From a virus: 64,000 nucleotides of DNA. Of the stretch, positions 27,648 through 37,570 are shown piece after piece. The notes under the pieces were generated by a model. It was not told where the DNA came from. It saw only the letters and a list, made by a program, of their open reading frames with translations, and made no database searches. Every line of letters begins with the position of its first letter. Positions within the stretch are counted from its first letter, which is position 1. The position numbers and the translations under genes are program-made. The stretch spans positions 2,330 through 66,329 of IMG/VR virus record IMGVR_UViG_3300030397_000598, one strand, 5' to 3'.

Positions 27648-29942
27648 TTAGCAGGTTTTATCTCGTTTTACAATCGGTGTTAATGTGATATCGGCAATAC
27701 CCCTCGGGCACTGCTGAAAGTTTTCTATTGTTGTGGGGTATGCCTCGAATTTCTTGCCCTCGTATTCAATTAGCCATTTGCGCCGGTATTGAATCCGATC
27801 AAATAGGCAAATGTCAATGATGGCCCGGTATTTTGAATCGAAGCTGTTACTGATCTCCTGAAGTCTTTGCAGCCAAAACATTTCGAATAGATCCAGGCTT
27901 TCAGAACCGTATATGATGTGATCTTCCAGGGTGACGAGGTTGGCCGCATCAGGGCCGATAAGCTCTGTGTTCAAGTGGTAGGCATATGGTATTTGATCCT
28001 CTGGCGATTCGGTAGGTACAAGGTTGTTCAGATCTCTTTTAAAGGCCCATTCGGCCAGGACCGGCGCGGCCAGATCATCAACGCCCCGATATTGTTGAAC
28101 TAAACCGGTCGGCGCTGTACGCATCAGCCTTGCCTTTATGTCTGTTGAAACCTTGTTATCTGTATTATCCCATAGCGCCGGGATAAACACATCAGTATCA
28201 ACCGGGTCTCCGTTGAAGGTTCTCGGCGGGTTTAATAGGTCTACTGCCCTGATCATACTGCTTGCCTCAAATGTCGGGTTGGGGTTGTCGGTCGTATCCT
28301 CTACAAAGCCCTCGCCAAGATCTACAACACGACCATGCAAAGGATTTTCCGGGCCGTATCCCAGGTCCTTAACCCGTGCATCTTCCGGATCGCAAAACTT
28401 GAGCCTGACGAATCGGTTTTGAAGCTCTTGCTTGATCTCCAATTGTTCGGAACCGCAGATTATTTCAATGCCGGTGGTGGTCTCGTCTTTGAAAAACGGT
28501 TCCGGCGTACTCCCGTCCCTCATTTCAACGCCGTATGGCTGGTACAGGGTGACTTTCTTGCAGAAGTAATCGGTAACGAGGTTACCACCACCTGTCGCAT
28601 GAATAACGCCTTTGAACCAATCCAGGAAAGACAGATTGCAATCCAGTATTTGCGAAACCGGCAGAATGATATTTTCCCCCATTTGGAAAGTCTTCGGGGA
28701 AACCTTCATATAGGACCCGGCCTGAATAAACTGGTTAGGATCAGCGAAGAACGGATTCATATCCACGTACAGCCGCATAAATCTACCGGCAACTATAGGC
28801 ACATCCAGATAGGTAAAGCAGATCGTGTTTTGACCTGGGTCTACTTGGAGTGACGGGCCAATTGCTACACTTGCCTGGGTGCCGATGTTTACTGCTGTTG
28901 GTGATCCTGCAACAGAATCCTGAACTAAATAGAAATTCATGAGCGCAGCCACGCCGGACGTATTATTGATGTTTATGCAGATCTCTACGTCGTAGGTTCC
29001 AGATAAGCCGGAAGCATAATGATTACCTAGTGCCGTGTCAAAATATCCGGCTCCGGTACCCGCGCCGGTGTCGAAGTTGTCGCCGGTTGAATCATCATCA
29101 AACCGAACCCAATGCACGTCAATCGAACCGCCGCTATCCGTCAGGGTGGATAATTGGTTGAAAGTCTCGTCAGCGGATGTTGACGCCTTGAAACCTATTT
29201 CGATGTCTTCGAAGTCATTGAAGTTTCGCAGTGCATAAGAGATCCAGTGTCGCAATTCCTCGCTTTCAAGGATAGGCGACGAGAATTCCCAACCAATCGC
29301 GCAGAAGGCTTTTTGGATCGCCCCGAGGACGTGAATCCAGGGTCGGAAATCAGCAATTGTTACGCTGGTTTCCTGGGTTAGATTTCCGTCACTATCGTAT
29401 AGGGCTGGTTCTGTCCAATTGCCATAGTGAACGAGCGGGAACCATATGCCGTTATCACCATCGTTGTACTTGAACTCATTGGCCCAATTATTACGAAGAA
29501 AAGCCTCGTCCAAAAAGATGTCGTCATATGGGATATCGCACATAGCAAAACCCTCAAAGGCTTCTTTCCAAAAGTCGGAACCGTCCGTTAGTTCGACCTC
29601 CCACCCTGCCCTATTCTTTCTCAGGACGGATATCATGTTTTGCTGCTTGGTCAATCCGCACTCCCGGACGATCACCGGTATTTTTGCCTTGTGATTAAAT
29701 CCCATGTGGGTGGCACAACCATAACCGGCCAGTATGATAGAATTCTTATCAGTACGCGGTAGCAAAAATCCAAGTATACCGGCACCGGTGATCTGATTGA
29801 ATTCGTTCAACTGCTCCCGCTTCTTGGTTTTGGATAGCTCCAGGTCGCCCACGTCCAGGAAAACCCGCCCGTTATCGTCGTAGCACCATAGCGGCAACCC
29901 GGCAGGGCTTTTTCTCAACATTATTTCAACACAACTACTCAT
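27648..29942 (-). CDS. Tail tip/hub-like minor tail protein
   Basis: 764 aa, second gene after the tape measure; FPLVHYG and FRPWIHV patterns. Confidence 0.6.
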   Translation of the reverse strand: MSSCVEIMLRKSPAGLPLWCYDDNGRVFLDVGDLELSKTKKREQLNEFNQITGAGILGFLLPRTDKNSIILAGYGCATHMGFNHKAKIPVIVRECGLTKQQNMISVLRKNRAGWEVELTDGSDFWKEAFEGFAMCDIPYDDIFLDEAFLRNNWANEFKYNDGDNGIWFPLVHYGNWTEPALYDSDGNLTQETSVTIADFRPWIHVLGAIQKAFCAIGWEFSSPILESEELRHWISYALRNFNDFEDIEIGFKASTSADETFNQLSTLTDSGGSIDVHWVRFDDDSTGDNFDTGAGTGAGYFDTALGNHYASGLSGTYDVEICININNTSGVAALMNFYLVQDSVAGSPTAVNIGTQASVAIGPSLQVDPGQNTICFTYLDVPIVAGRFMRLYVDMNPFFADPNQFIQAGSYMKVSPKTFQMGENIILPVSQILDCNLSFLDWFKGVIHATGGGNLVTDYFCKKVTLYQPYGVEMRDGSTPEPFFKDETTTGIEIICGSEQLEIKQELQNRFVRLKFCDPEDARVKDLGYGPENPLHGRVVDLGEGFVEDTTDNPNPTFEASSMIRAVDLLNPPRTFNGDPVDTDVFIPALWDNTDNKVSTDIKARLMRTAPTGLVQQYRGVDDLAAPVLAEWAFKRDLNNLVPTESPEDQIPYAYHLNTELIGPDAANLVTLEDHIIYGSESLDLFEMFWLQRLQEISNSFDSKYRAIIDICLFDRIQYRRKWLIEYEGKKFEAYPTTIENFQQCPRGIADITLTPIVKRDKTC

Positions 29943-31573
29943 GCTTCAGACGGTTTTAGGTACTCCTGGGACTCGATCACGACTGCCGTAATGGAAAGCT
30001 TGCCGTCACGCTGGTAAATGCGTACTGCGCCCGGTTCTACAAGTATTCGGCGCGGGTTCTTTCCGCCCTGGTCATCCTCGAACATGATGAACTTGCTATC
30101 CGACTGTTTGAATGCCTCTAATAGCCGCTGCGTTTGCGTGTTCTTGGGAAAAGATGTTGCCTGAAGGGAGATCCTTTTGACCGAATCGGAATTATATCGG
30201 AAATCCCCTTGCAGCAGCCTTTCGTTATAGGTGCCGCCGCAGGTAACGTCTCGGCAGATCTCTTCGTAAGTGTCTGTCAGTTCGATGAAATCCACCTTAT
30301 CAAAGGAAATGAAGTTGTAACCGCCTTTGGTGTCCAGGAAATAGATATTGTATTTAGGGCAGCAGCCCTTGCAAACTTGGTACGTGTACGTCTCTGAATA
30401 GTCCTGACTGGCACCGTTTCCAAAAGATGAAAGCTGTATCGTGTACCTATCCACGATCTCCCACGGCACGGTACCGGCGAAAGCGTTTTCAGCGTTCGCG
30501 GTTCCGGATGGTATGATATTGGTCCTATTCGCCCCATCCATTACTACCAAATTGCTTTGAATGGTTGCCCCGTCGGCAGCAAAAAAGGTATACAGAACCC
30601 TATAGTTGGTGATGGGTTCGAAGGTCTGCCCGTTTAGGTGAATCCAAAGCCAATCACAGGCATCAAGGCATATCTGGCGAGTCGTGGGGCCGCTCCTGAG
30701 AAACTTAACCACATTATCGAAAAACAGCGGTGTTGTACCACCCGATCCACGCACAAAGTAATCGCCGCCGCCGTCGCCTTCTTCCAGATTACAAGCCCCG
30801 TTCCAGATTCGGAAGGTCGGGGCCTCCTGAAGCGGGAATTTGTCTACGCCGCACGGGTCTGCCGCTTGCTGATGGCCGTATCTAATTGTGATATCCTTCC
30901 AAATGGTACCATCCTCCGCCATACCACTATCACAATTGGGAATAGTTGTCCTTACTATCTTGGATAGCGCCTTGTGAATAGAGACACAATCATTAAGTAC
31001 ATCGCCCGTAACTTCATCGGTTACATAAGGGCTGTTTTGAGGGTGTATGGCAATGCTTCTACGAGCAAAGTCATCCAGACACTCAACCATATACACAAAC
31101 TCGAAACCAGGGACGTATTCCGCAGAGAACCCGCTGCCTTTTGGTCCTTCCGGATTAGGTGCGAATGCACTAAAGTCGCAAGTATGGTTTTGCCTCTGAC
31201 CTACATTATCCCAAGTCACAACGACAATGGTTGTAACACCTCCGGGTGTGATCACGGCAGAAACTTGACCGGCGAAATTCGGGTGATTCGTTACGGCCTC
31301 AACAAAATTAGCCGCCTGTACATTTTGATCGTTGCTCGATAGGTCAACAAGCCCCGGATCTGTGCCGGTTGTAAACTTCTCACCGGCGAATACAAATTCA
31401 AGTCCCGTCGCGTATGGGCTGTTTTGCTGAAAGTTGACCTGTGCGCTTGCAGGTTGTCCGGCAGTTGTTACCACGTCGATGAATCCGACACAGAACTGAA
31501 TGCAGTTTTCAACCGGGTGTAAAAGATTCGGGTCCGGGGATGATATGAGATTTACATACGCCATTTTATCCAA
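29939..31573 (-). CDS. Distal tail-like protein
   Basis: 544 aa directly after the tape measure; IYFLDTKGGYNFISF pattern. Confidence 0.55.
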   Translation of the reverse strand: MDKMAYVNLISSPDPNLLHPVENCIQFCVGFIDVVTTAGQPASAQVNFQQNSPYATGLEFVFAGEKFTTGTDPGLVDLSSNDQNVQAANFVEAVTNHPNFAGQVSAVITPGGVTTIVVVTWDNVGQRQNHTCDFSAFAPNPEGPKGSGFSAEYVPGFEFVYMVECLDDFARRSIAIHPQNSPYVTDEVTGDVLNDCVSIHKALSKIVRTTIPNCDSGMAEDGTIWKDITIRYGHQQAADPCGVDKFPLQEAPTFRIWNGACNLEEGDGGGDYFVRGSGGTTPLFFDNVVKFLRSGPTTRQICLDACDWLWIHLNGQTFEPITNYRVLYTFFAADGATIQSNLVVMDGANRTNIIPSGTANAENAFAGTVPWEIVDRYTIQLSSFGNGASQDYSETYTYQVCKGCCPKYNIYFLDTKGGYNFISFDKVDFIELTDTYEEICRDVTCGGTYNERLLQGDFRYNSDSVKRISLQATSFPKNTQTQRLLEAFKQSDSKFIMFEDDQGGKNPRRILVEPGAVRIYQRDGKLSITAVVIESQEYLKPSEA

Positions 31574-34500
31574 CTTTTGATTTTAGCCTATTCCGTCTTT
31601 CTTGCTCTATACCTGCCTCAATTGATCCTTTTATCATTCCTTCGATAACTGCTGCCGCCGTTTTGGTAGCTACTGCTTCCGCTATGCTGGCAACTTGGGT
31701 ATGCGACATTGAAAGGCTACTTTTTACATTCACATTCGTTGATCTGTCAGCCGGGATGTAAGGTTGAATAGCACCGGCCATACCTGAGCCTGGGTGAATA
31801 CCCTTGTTCAACATGTCGGCCTCTGCCGCCAATTGACGCCCCCTTTGTGTTGCCAGTGCTTTACGGTTGATTACAAACTCATTCGCGTGTACGATACCTG
31901 CCGGACGATGGCCTGTACTATCTGGCGGAGCTATGCCGGAACCGGTGTACCCGCCTTCAGCGAATGATTGTCTCGATATGGCCGCAACTTGCGCCACGGT
32001 AGTAGCTGCTGTAAAGGCTATTTGTAGCGCCCGGAATGTACCCAGCGACAGAATGTCGGCGGGACCGGGAACAGCGGCCAGGGTGGAAACGATGGCTTGA
32101 GCGCCCGATACAAGTGCCTGAGCAATCTGTAAGCGTTTTTGGCGCTCAAATGCCCGTCTTTGAACCTGCTCTGTTTCTGCGTCTCTGTCCCGTTCCAATT
32201 GCGCGACTCGATCCCGGTTATCTCCGGCTAGTTCTATTTCCCGGTCGTACCGCTGCTCGATTTGTTCTATCTGCCGATCGGTCGCTTGTTCTTGTACTTC
32301 GTTCAGCGCCTCGGCAAGTCCCAGGATGTTAGACCCGGCAAATTCTAAAGCACTACTGACGGTCTGTAGACGCTCCTGGTCTTGTCTTACGATCTCGTCA
32401 TTCTTCGCCCGGTTTATCTCTATTTCCTTATCTGCGAGATCTTGGGCAAGCTGTTCACGCTGGATATTGGATAGCTGTTCCTGCGTTAGTTTCGCGGCTA
32501 ACACATCCCGTTGCGCTTCGAGTTCTATTTGCCGACGACGTGCAGCCAGGGCCTCCTCTCCTAGCCCGACCTCATCCAATGCAGCCAACCGGGCCAAACG
32601 TTCTAATTCGATGGCGTTAAGGCGCTGACGTAACCCGGTGTCAGAATCCAACGTCCCAAGCTCGGCACGTTTTTGTGCCAGTTCAGTTTCGAGTCGCAAA
32701 AACTCGTCCGTCCCATCCTCTTGAATTCTTAGCCGCGCTTCGATTGAATCGATTTCTGATTGCAGCCTGATAGCGGATAATGCGTCTTGAAGCTCCTGCT
32801 GGTCCTGTATTTGCTGTTGGGCTTGACTCTCCCTAAGCAGTCGGATAGACTCGATCAGGTCTAACTCGTCTTGTATGTCTGCCTCGATTAATCCGGTTCC
32901 ACCGGAAGCGATGTCACGGGCGCGGAGTATTTCGTTTTGCGCTTCCTGCAATCTCTCCTCCGCCTCGATCAACTCTTCGGTTATTGCCTGAACTTGATCG
33001 GGTTGGGCCGTTTGTAGTTCTTGCTTAAGTTCGCTAACGACTGCTGACAACCCCTTAACGGATGCGTCCGCAAACTCTGCCGCTAACGCGATTTCATTGA
33101 TAGAGTCCTTAAACTCTTCGTTAACGTTAGTTATCTGCTGCGTTACCTCGTTGTACTGTTCGAGTAAGTCGGCATAATCTCGCCCTTCAGTGATTGCCAC
33201 TTTGATGGCGGTCGCTAGTTCATTTTGCTGTGCGGTGAGCGATTCAAAAGCATTCTTTGCCCTTTCGGCCCCGGCCTCTATGTTTCCGCCGAGTATATCC
33301 GGGATGTCTTCGGTATTCTCCCTGATGGTTTCTGTGAGTTCGCCCGTTGCTTGCTCTGCATCCTCTTTTAGCGCATCAGTTAAAACCTGATTCCTGATAG
33401 TGGCCGACTCATTGAACCCATCCCGGAAAGCTTGTCCGATGGACCGGCCAGAACCTTCAAGGTTGTCACGCTGGTTTCTTAATTCCTGTGCGGCATCCCT
33501 CGAAGCGGATGAAACAAGACCGCGAATGTCATTTATTGCAATCCTTGCATTTAGAACAGTACGCTGAAAGCCGACTGACAAGTTTTGGAATATGTTTTGA
33601 ACGGCCTCGCTTAACCCGTTCAATATGTTCGGCGTCGCTTGGAATAGTGCAACCAAAACCCTGAACCCGTTAGCAAATCGGGTTACTATTCCTGTGGCAT
33701 CATCCAGCAGGGCCACGTAAGACCTGAATGCGTTAACGACGAACGTAACGTTATTGATCAGTCCCTCAATACTATTAGCAAGGAATACAATGGCGTTTAT
33801 CAAGAAATCAGACAGTACTTCACCCAATCCTTGCGCCTGTTCCCGGCCAAAACCTAGCGCCTCAAAAAGTCTTCCCGCCGCTTCTCCTACTGGCGCAAAT
33901 ACGCGAGACAGGAAACTAAGGGCCGGGGTCAGGTTTTCGGTTATGAGGCTCACGAAAGACGTGAATCCCTGAACGATGGCACGCAAACCGCCCTGACTTG
34001 TTTCGAATAGCTCGATTTGAAGCCCTTCGACGGCTGAACGAGCTTTTAATAGGTCCTGCTCCAAGGTGTCACCGACGACGGCAGCAGTAGCCGCCGCAAC
34101 ACCGGCGAATTCTCCAAGCGATTCACCCGTTTTGCTGAACGCCTCTACAGATTCAGACGAGCGGTCAAACTGTCCGGCCAACTCCTCTACTCTATCGGCA
34201 TTTTGAACAAGGGTAACGAGTGCCGCCTGTGAAGTACGACCGACTAATTCAAAAGCCCTTTCGTTATCTACTCCCTGCTCGGCGAGTACTTTAAACGCCC
34301 TGGTCAGGTCTTCGCTGCTTTCAATTGAGAATCCAACAGCCCTAGATAGCTTGCTACTTTCAGTCGATAGGTCCGACAAGATCCGCCGCAATGCGGTACC
34401 CTGCGTTGATCCTGAAAAGTTGGCATCAGCTAAAACACCCTGAGCGGCTGCTAATTCCTCTATCTCTACATTTGCCGCCCTGGCCGTACCGATTACAAAC

Positions 34501-35408
34501 TGAAGCGAGTTTGCAAATGCCTCCCGGCTTTGCTTGGTGCTATTGAATGAGTCAACGAGAACATTTGCTACTCTGTCGGTTTCATCTGCCGCAAGTCCCA
34601 GGCCGGAAATAACACCGGTAACAACGTTGGCCGTATCTTCCAGGCTTGACCGGGTAGCAATGGCAAAGTCCAGACTCGCCGCTGTCGCCGCTTCGATCTG
34701 TTCTACTCCGAAACCCGACCGGGCAAATATGGTTTCAAGTTCTGCTACCTGGGTAGCGGTAAATTGCGTCGTCTCTCCCAGTCGCTTCGCCAATTCTTCT
34801 AACCGGGCGATTTCTTCCGCTGTCGATTGGCTCACACCCTGTAATTCTGCAATCTGCTGCTGAAACTCCCGGAATGTATTCAGACCGTCAGCAAAAGACC
34901 TTTGAACAGCCTGACCAACCGCAATTAGTCCGCCAGTGAGTAAACCACCGGTTACGAGATCACCTACACCCAATAGCGCCTGACGGTAATTGCCGACATT
35001 TCGCTGATACTGGCCTATACTGGCGTCGATCTTCTTTAGTTCCCCGTCTAAGGCTTGGATCTGCCGGACGAGGTTTCGACCGACTCCGGAACGACGTTCT
35101 TCTTCTGATAATTCTCTGAATTGATTTTTGAGGTTGACTAGCTCCGCGTTAAGTGCGCGGTAGGATCTACGGCCACGATCAGCGGCCTGTACGAATTCAC
35201 GCTGCTGATTGCGAGTTTCGGCCCGGATCTCGCTTTGTATTTGCTTCAGCCCTCCCAACTGACGTTGTAGCCGCTGGTATTCAGCCGTTCCTCGGGTGGC
35301 GTTGCCTAGTTCGTCATTCGTGGCCCTGATTGCGGCCTTAACGCTGTTTAGATCGTTTACAACTCCACGAATGCCGCCTATCTCTACCTGAAAGGCAACT
35401 ATTTTCAT
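31566..35408 (-). CDS. Tail tape measure protein
   Basis: 1280 aa, long helical; core A.RLGETTQFTATQVAELE..LARSGF..I..AT.A.LDFA; C-terminal FAEGGYTG..AGIVHANEFV. Confidence 0.9.
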   Translation of the reverse strand: MKIVAFQVEIGGIRGVVNDLNSVKAAIRATNDELGNATRGTAEYQRLQRQLGGLKQIQSEIRAETRNQQREFVQAADRGRRSYRALNAELVNLKNQFRELSEEERRSGVGRNLVRQIQALDGELKKIDASIGQYQRNVGNYRQALLGVGDLVTGGLLTGGLIAVGQAVQRSFADGLNTFREFQQQIAELQGVSQSTAEEIARLEELAKRLGETTQFTATQVAELETIFARSGFGVEQIEAATAASLDFAIATRSSLEDTANVVTGVISGLGLAADETDRVANVLVDSFNSTKQSREAFANSLQFVIGTARAANVEIEELAAAQGVLADANFSGSTQGTALRRILSDLSTESSKLSRAVGFSIESSEDLTRAFKVLAEQGVDNERAFELVGRTSQAALVTLVQNADRVEELAGQFDRSSESVEAFSKTGESLGEFAGVAAATAAVVGDTLEQDLLKARSAVEGLQIELFETSQGGLRAIVQGFTSFVSLITENLTPALSFLSRVFAPVGEAAGRLFEALGFGREQAQGLGEVLSDFLINAIVFLANSIEGLINNVTFVVNAFRSYVALLDDATGIVTRFANGFRVLVALFQATPNILNGLSEAVQNIFQNLSVGFQRTVLNARIAINDIRGLVSSASRDAAQELRNQRDNLEGSGRSIGQAFRDGFNESATIRNQVLTDALKEDAEQATGELTETIRENTEDIPDILGGNIEAGAERAKNAFESLTAQQNELATAIKVAITEGRDYADLLEQYNEVTQQITNVNEEFKDSINEIALAAEFADASVKGLSAVVSELKQELQTAQPDQVQAITEELIEAEERLQEAQNEILRARDIASGGTGLIEADIQDELDLIESIRLLRESQAQQQIQDQQELQDALSAIRLQSEIDSIEARLRIQEDGTDEFLRLETELAQKRAELGTLDSDTGLRQRLNAIELERLARLAALDEVGLGEEALAARRRQIELEAQRDVLAAKLTQEQLSNIQREQLAQDLADKEIEINRAKNDEIVRQDQERLQTVSSALEFAGSNILGLAEALNEVQEQATDRQIEQIEQRYDREIELAGDNRDRVAQLERDRDAETEQVQRRAFERQKRLQIAQALVSGAQAIVSTLAAVPGPADILSLGTFRALQIAFTAATTVAQVAAISRQSFAEGGYTGSGIAPPDSTGHRPAGIVHANEFVINRKALATQRGRQLAAEADMLNKGIHPGSGMAGAIQPYIPADRSTNVNVKSSLSMSHTQVASIAEAVATKTAAAVIEGMIKGSIEAGIEQERRNRLKSKVG

Positions 35409-35441
35409 GAGTAGCTTGTGTTTATTTGTTGTGTCTTACGA

Positions 35442-35672
35442 CTAATGATTTTTTGTTAGTCGTGTAGTTTTATTTGAAGAGAACACTACTTTTGAAAACC
35501 CATTTGAGTCAGTCCCTATAGTAACTGACTCATTACTTAAAAGCGCCCTCAAGAACCTTTCTTTTTCTTCTAAATTTTCGAATTTCAACTTTAACTCCTT
35601 GGGCTTCATCTGTCTTGAACCTTTGCAGGGTCCATCGTATTCAATACCCGAACAATCAGTTATGCAATTCAT
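35442..35672 (-). CDS. Small hypothetical protein
   Basis: 76 aa, coupled upstream of the tape measure. Confidence 0.45.
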   Translation of the reverse strand: MNCITDCSGIEYDGPCKGSRQMKPKELKLKFENLEEKERFLRALLSNESVTIGTDSNGFSKVVFSSNKTTRLTKNH

Positions 35673-36214
35673 CCTACAACAGTATTTTGAATGTCGGTGA
35701 CAAAGTTTTCAAATGTGACCGCTACGAAGTGCCCCAGGTCCAGCAAAACCTCAAACTCGTCAAGATTCTGATCGACTGCGAATCTGGCCCATTCCTTGCG
35801 CCGCCCGTTACTCGAAAACGCAAAGCTTCCGCGTGTCGGGTGTCCTTCCTGCTTTGCCTTATTGGCAATGGCAAAAGCAAATGATCTAGCTTCTGCTTCC
35901 GCCAAGGATGGACGAATGATGCCTATCCACTCTATCAGCGCCTCAATATAACGGGACGTACTACCCCGACCCGTTCTGCCACCAAACGGAACACGGCTTG
36001 CCGGTACGCCTTTATCGACGATCAGCAAATAGTCTTGCATTCTGATTTCAGTCTTAAATCCGTCCTGAGTGGGTGATATGACAATATCGATGTCATTTAC
36101 TCCTCTACCCGTCGCTACGTGACCCTGTGCCCGTAGTTCATCCTGAATCTTCCGCTTTAGGAAGTTCGTCGCCTTGAGGAGTGAAGAGCGTAATATGTTT
36201 TCGGCTAAGATCAT
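35669..36214 (-). CDS. Neck/tail completion protein (HK97 gp10-like)
   Basis: IQDELRAQGHVATG, AFAIANKAKQEG patterns; position in the tail block. Confidence 0.55.
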   Translation of the reverse strand: MILAENILRSSLLKATNFLKRKIQDELRAQGHVATGRGVNDIDIVISPTQDGFKTEIRMQDYLLIVDKGVPASRVPFGGRTGRGSTSRYIEALIEWIGIIRPSLAEAEARSFAFAIANKAKQEGHPTRGSFAFSSNGRRKEWARFAVDQNLDEFEVLLDLGHFVAVTFENFVTDIQNTVVG

Positions 36215-36717
36215 TCAGCTAATGCGTATATCTGCGCGTAATTCATTTTTTGCGCTTCCTTGATTCTTAAGTGGTGGCAGACTTCACCCATTAATTCTAA
36301 ATGCCTTTCACTCCTGCCGTCAACCCTGAAATCCTTGTAAAAATCCTTAGCCATTGGTTCCGACATATTGTCGTAGCCGATTTTATGAAATATCGCCGTC
36401 AACTCCTTAATTGCTGTATCCGATGTGCAAAAGGCAATATTGCTCTCTATGTACCGCCTTTGGTTTTTTATTGTCGTATCGATGTCTTCCGGCCTAACTG
36501 CCCTTTTAGTGCCTTTGGGTTTTAGGTCCCTTGATGATCTTGGGTTGAAAATGGATACAACCAAGACTGCAAGAGAAGCGCCCACGCCACACCAAAAAAG
36601 CACCTTGTCAAAATACCACGTAATCCTTAAGACACGAATACATGCTGTAAGCAGCGACAGCATGAATAAAACAGCAGCGATGTTTGAAATCTTGATCCTT
36701 GTATTCTTACTCAGCAT
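36211..36717 (-). CDS. 2-TM membrane protein inserted in the tail operon
   Basis: Two N-terminal hydrophobic helices. Confidence 0.6.
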   Translation of the reverse strand: MLSKNTRIKISNIAAVLFMLSLLTACIRVLRITWYFDKVLFWCGVGASLAVLVVSIFNPRSSRDLKPKGTKRAVRPEDIDTTIKNQRRYIESNIAFCTSDTAIKELTAIFHKIGYDNMSEPMAKDFYKDFRVDGRSERHLELMGEVCHHLRIKEAQKMNYAQIYALAE

Positions 36718-36728
36718 AGTAAAATGTT

Positions 36729-36848
36729 TTAAGAAAAAATCAATAAAAGCCCCAGGACGACCAATATCAAAGCAGCGAATAGAAACATGAGTAGCGACAA
36801 AGCCAACATGAACGAATCCTCACTGCTTCTCCGTCTCGGCTCTAACAT
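36729..36848 (-). CDS. 39-aa single-TM peptide (MLEPRRRSSEDSFMLALSLLMFLFAALILVVLGLLLIFS)
   Basis: Manual translation; fills the gap between two genes. Confidence 0.45.
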   Translation of the reverse strand: MLEPRRRSSEDSFMLALSLLMFLFAALILVVLGLLLIFS

Positions 36849-37570
36849 CCTTCACATTTTGTTCGAGCTATACCCTTGGGCACTTCCAGCGTATAATCAA
36901 ATTCGGTTTCTATGTCGTGGCAATCGCATGCGCGGATCATGATGGAAATTGCCCTTGCCTGATCGACGTTACCCACGTCCGCCGCGCAAATGTCTACCGG
37001 TATACCGCAATCTAAAAATGGCAATATGTCCCCGCAGTCATTGGTGTAGTCAATTATTGCGCCGGTGGCGAACCAGTGCTGTATCTGGTCATCCGTTGCC
37101 CATACCTGGGAAACATTAGACTCGCCGTCTGTTATACTGTACAAGGCGAATCTTTTCACCTCTTTTAGAATTACTTCTACCATATCTCTGAGATCAGAAT
37201 CGACTTTTGCAATACTGCGCTTACATTCATCCTTACAGTCCCCACAGTCGGGTACATCCATGAACACCAACCACCAATCAAGACAGGTAGTACTTTCGAG
37301 TATGTCCTTTTTCCTACCCTTCTTTTGCTCCAAAACCAACATTGGATACTCTTTACATAGGGTATCCGGATCGGCCCCTTGCATCACCCATTTGCGTGAC
37401 CAAAATGAGCCGTCCAAATAGTCCTGATAGGTCGCCCCCAAATTCGATGTTTCCAGGTCGGCGATACTGTCCACTACGGCAAAGGTGTTGATCTGCGTAC
37501 ATGGAGAGTACGGGTACGCCATCACCATTTGCCGGAATATTGAAATAAAGTCGTCTCTTGTTAATTGCAT
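36842..37570 (-). CDS. Tail terminator-like structural protein
   Basis: 242 aa in the tail block; Cys-rich. Confidence 0.45.
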   Translation of the reverse strand: MQLTRDDFISIFRQMVMAYPYSPCTQINTFAVVDSIADLETSNLGATYQDYLDGSFWSRKWVMQGADPDTLCKEYPMLVLEQKKGRKKDILESTTCLDWWLVFMDVPDCGDCKDECKRSIAKVDSDLRDMVEVILKEVKRFALYSITDGESNVSQVWATDDQIQHWFATGAIIDYTNDCGDILPFLDCGIPVDICAADVGNVDQARAISIMIRACDCHDIETEFDYTLEVPKGIARTKCEGC

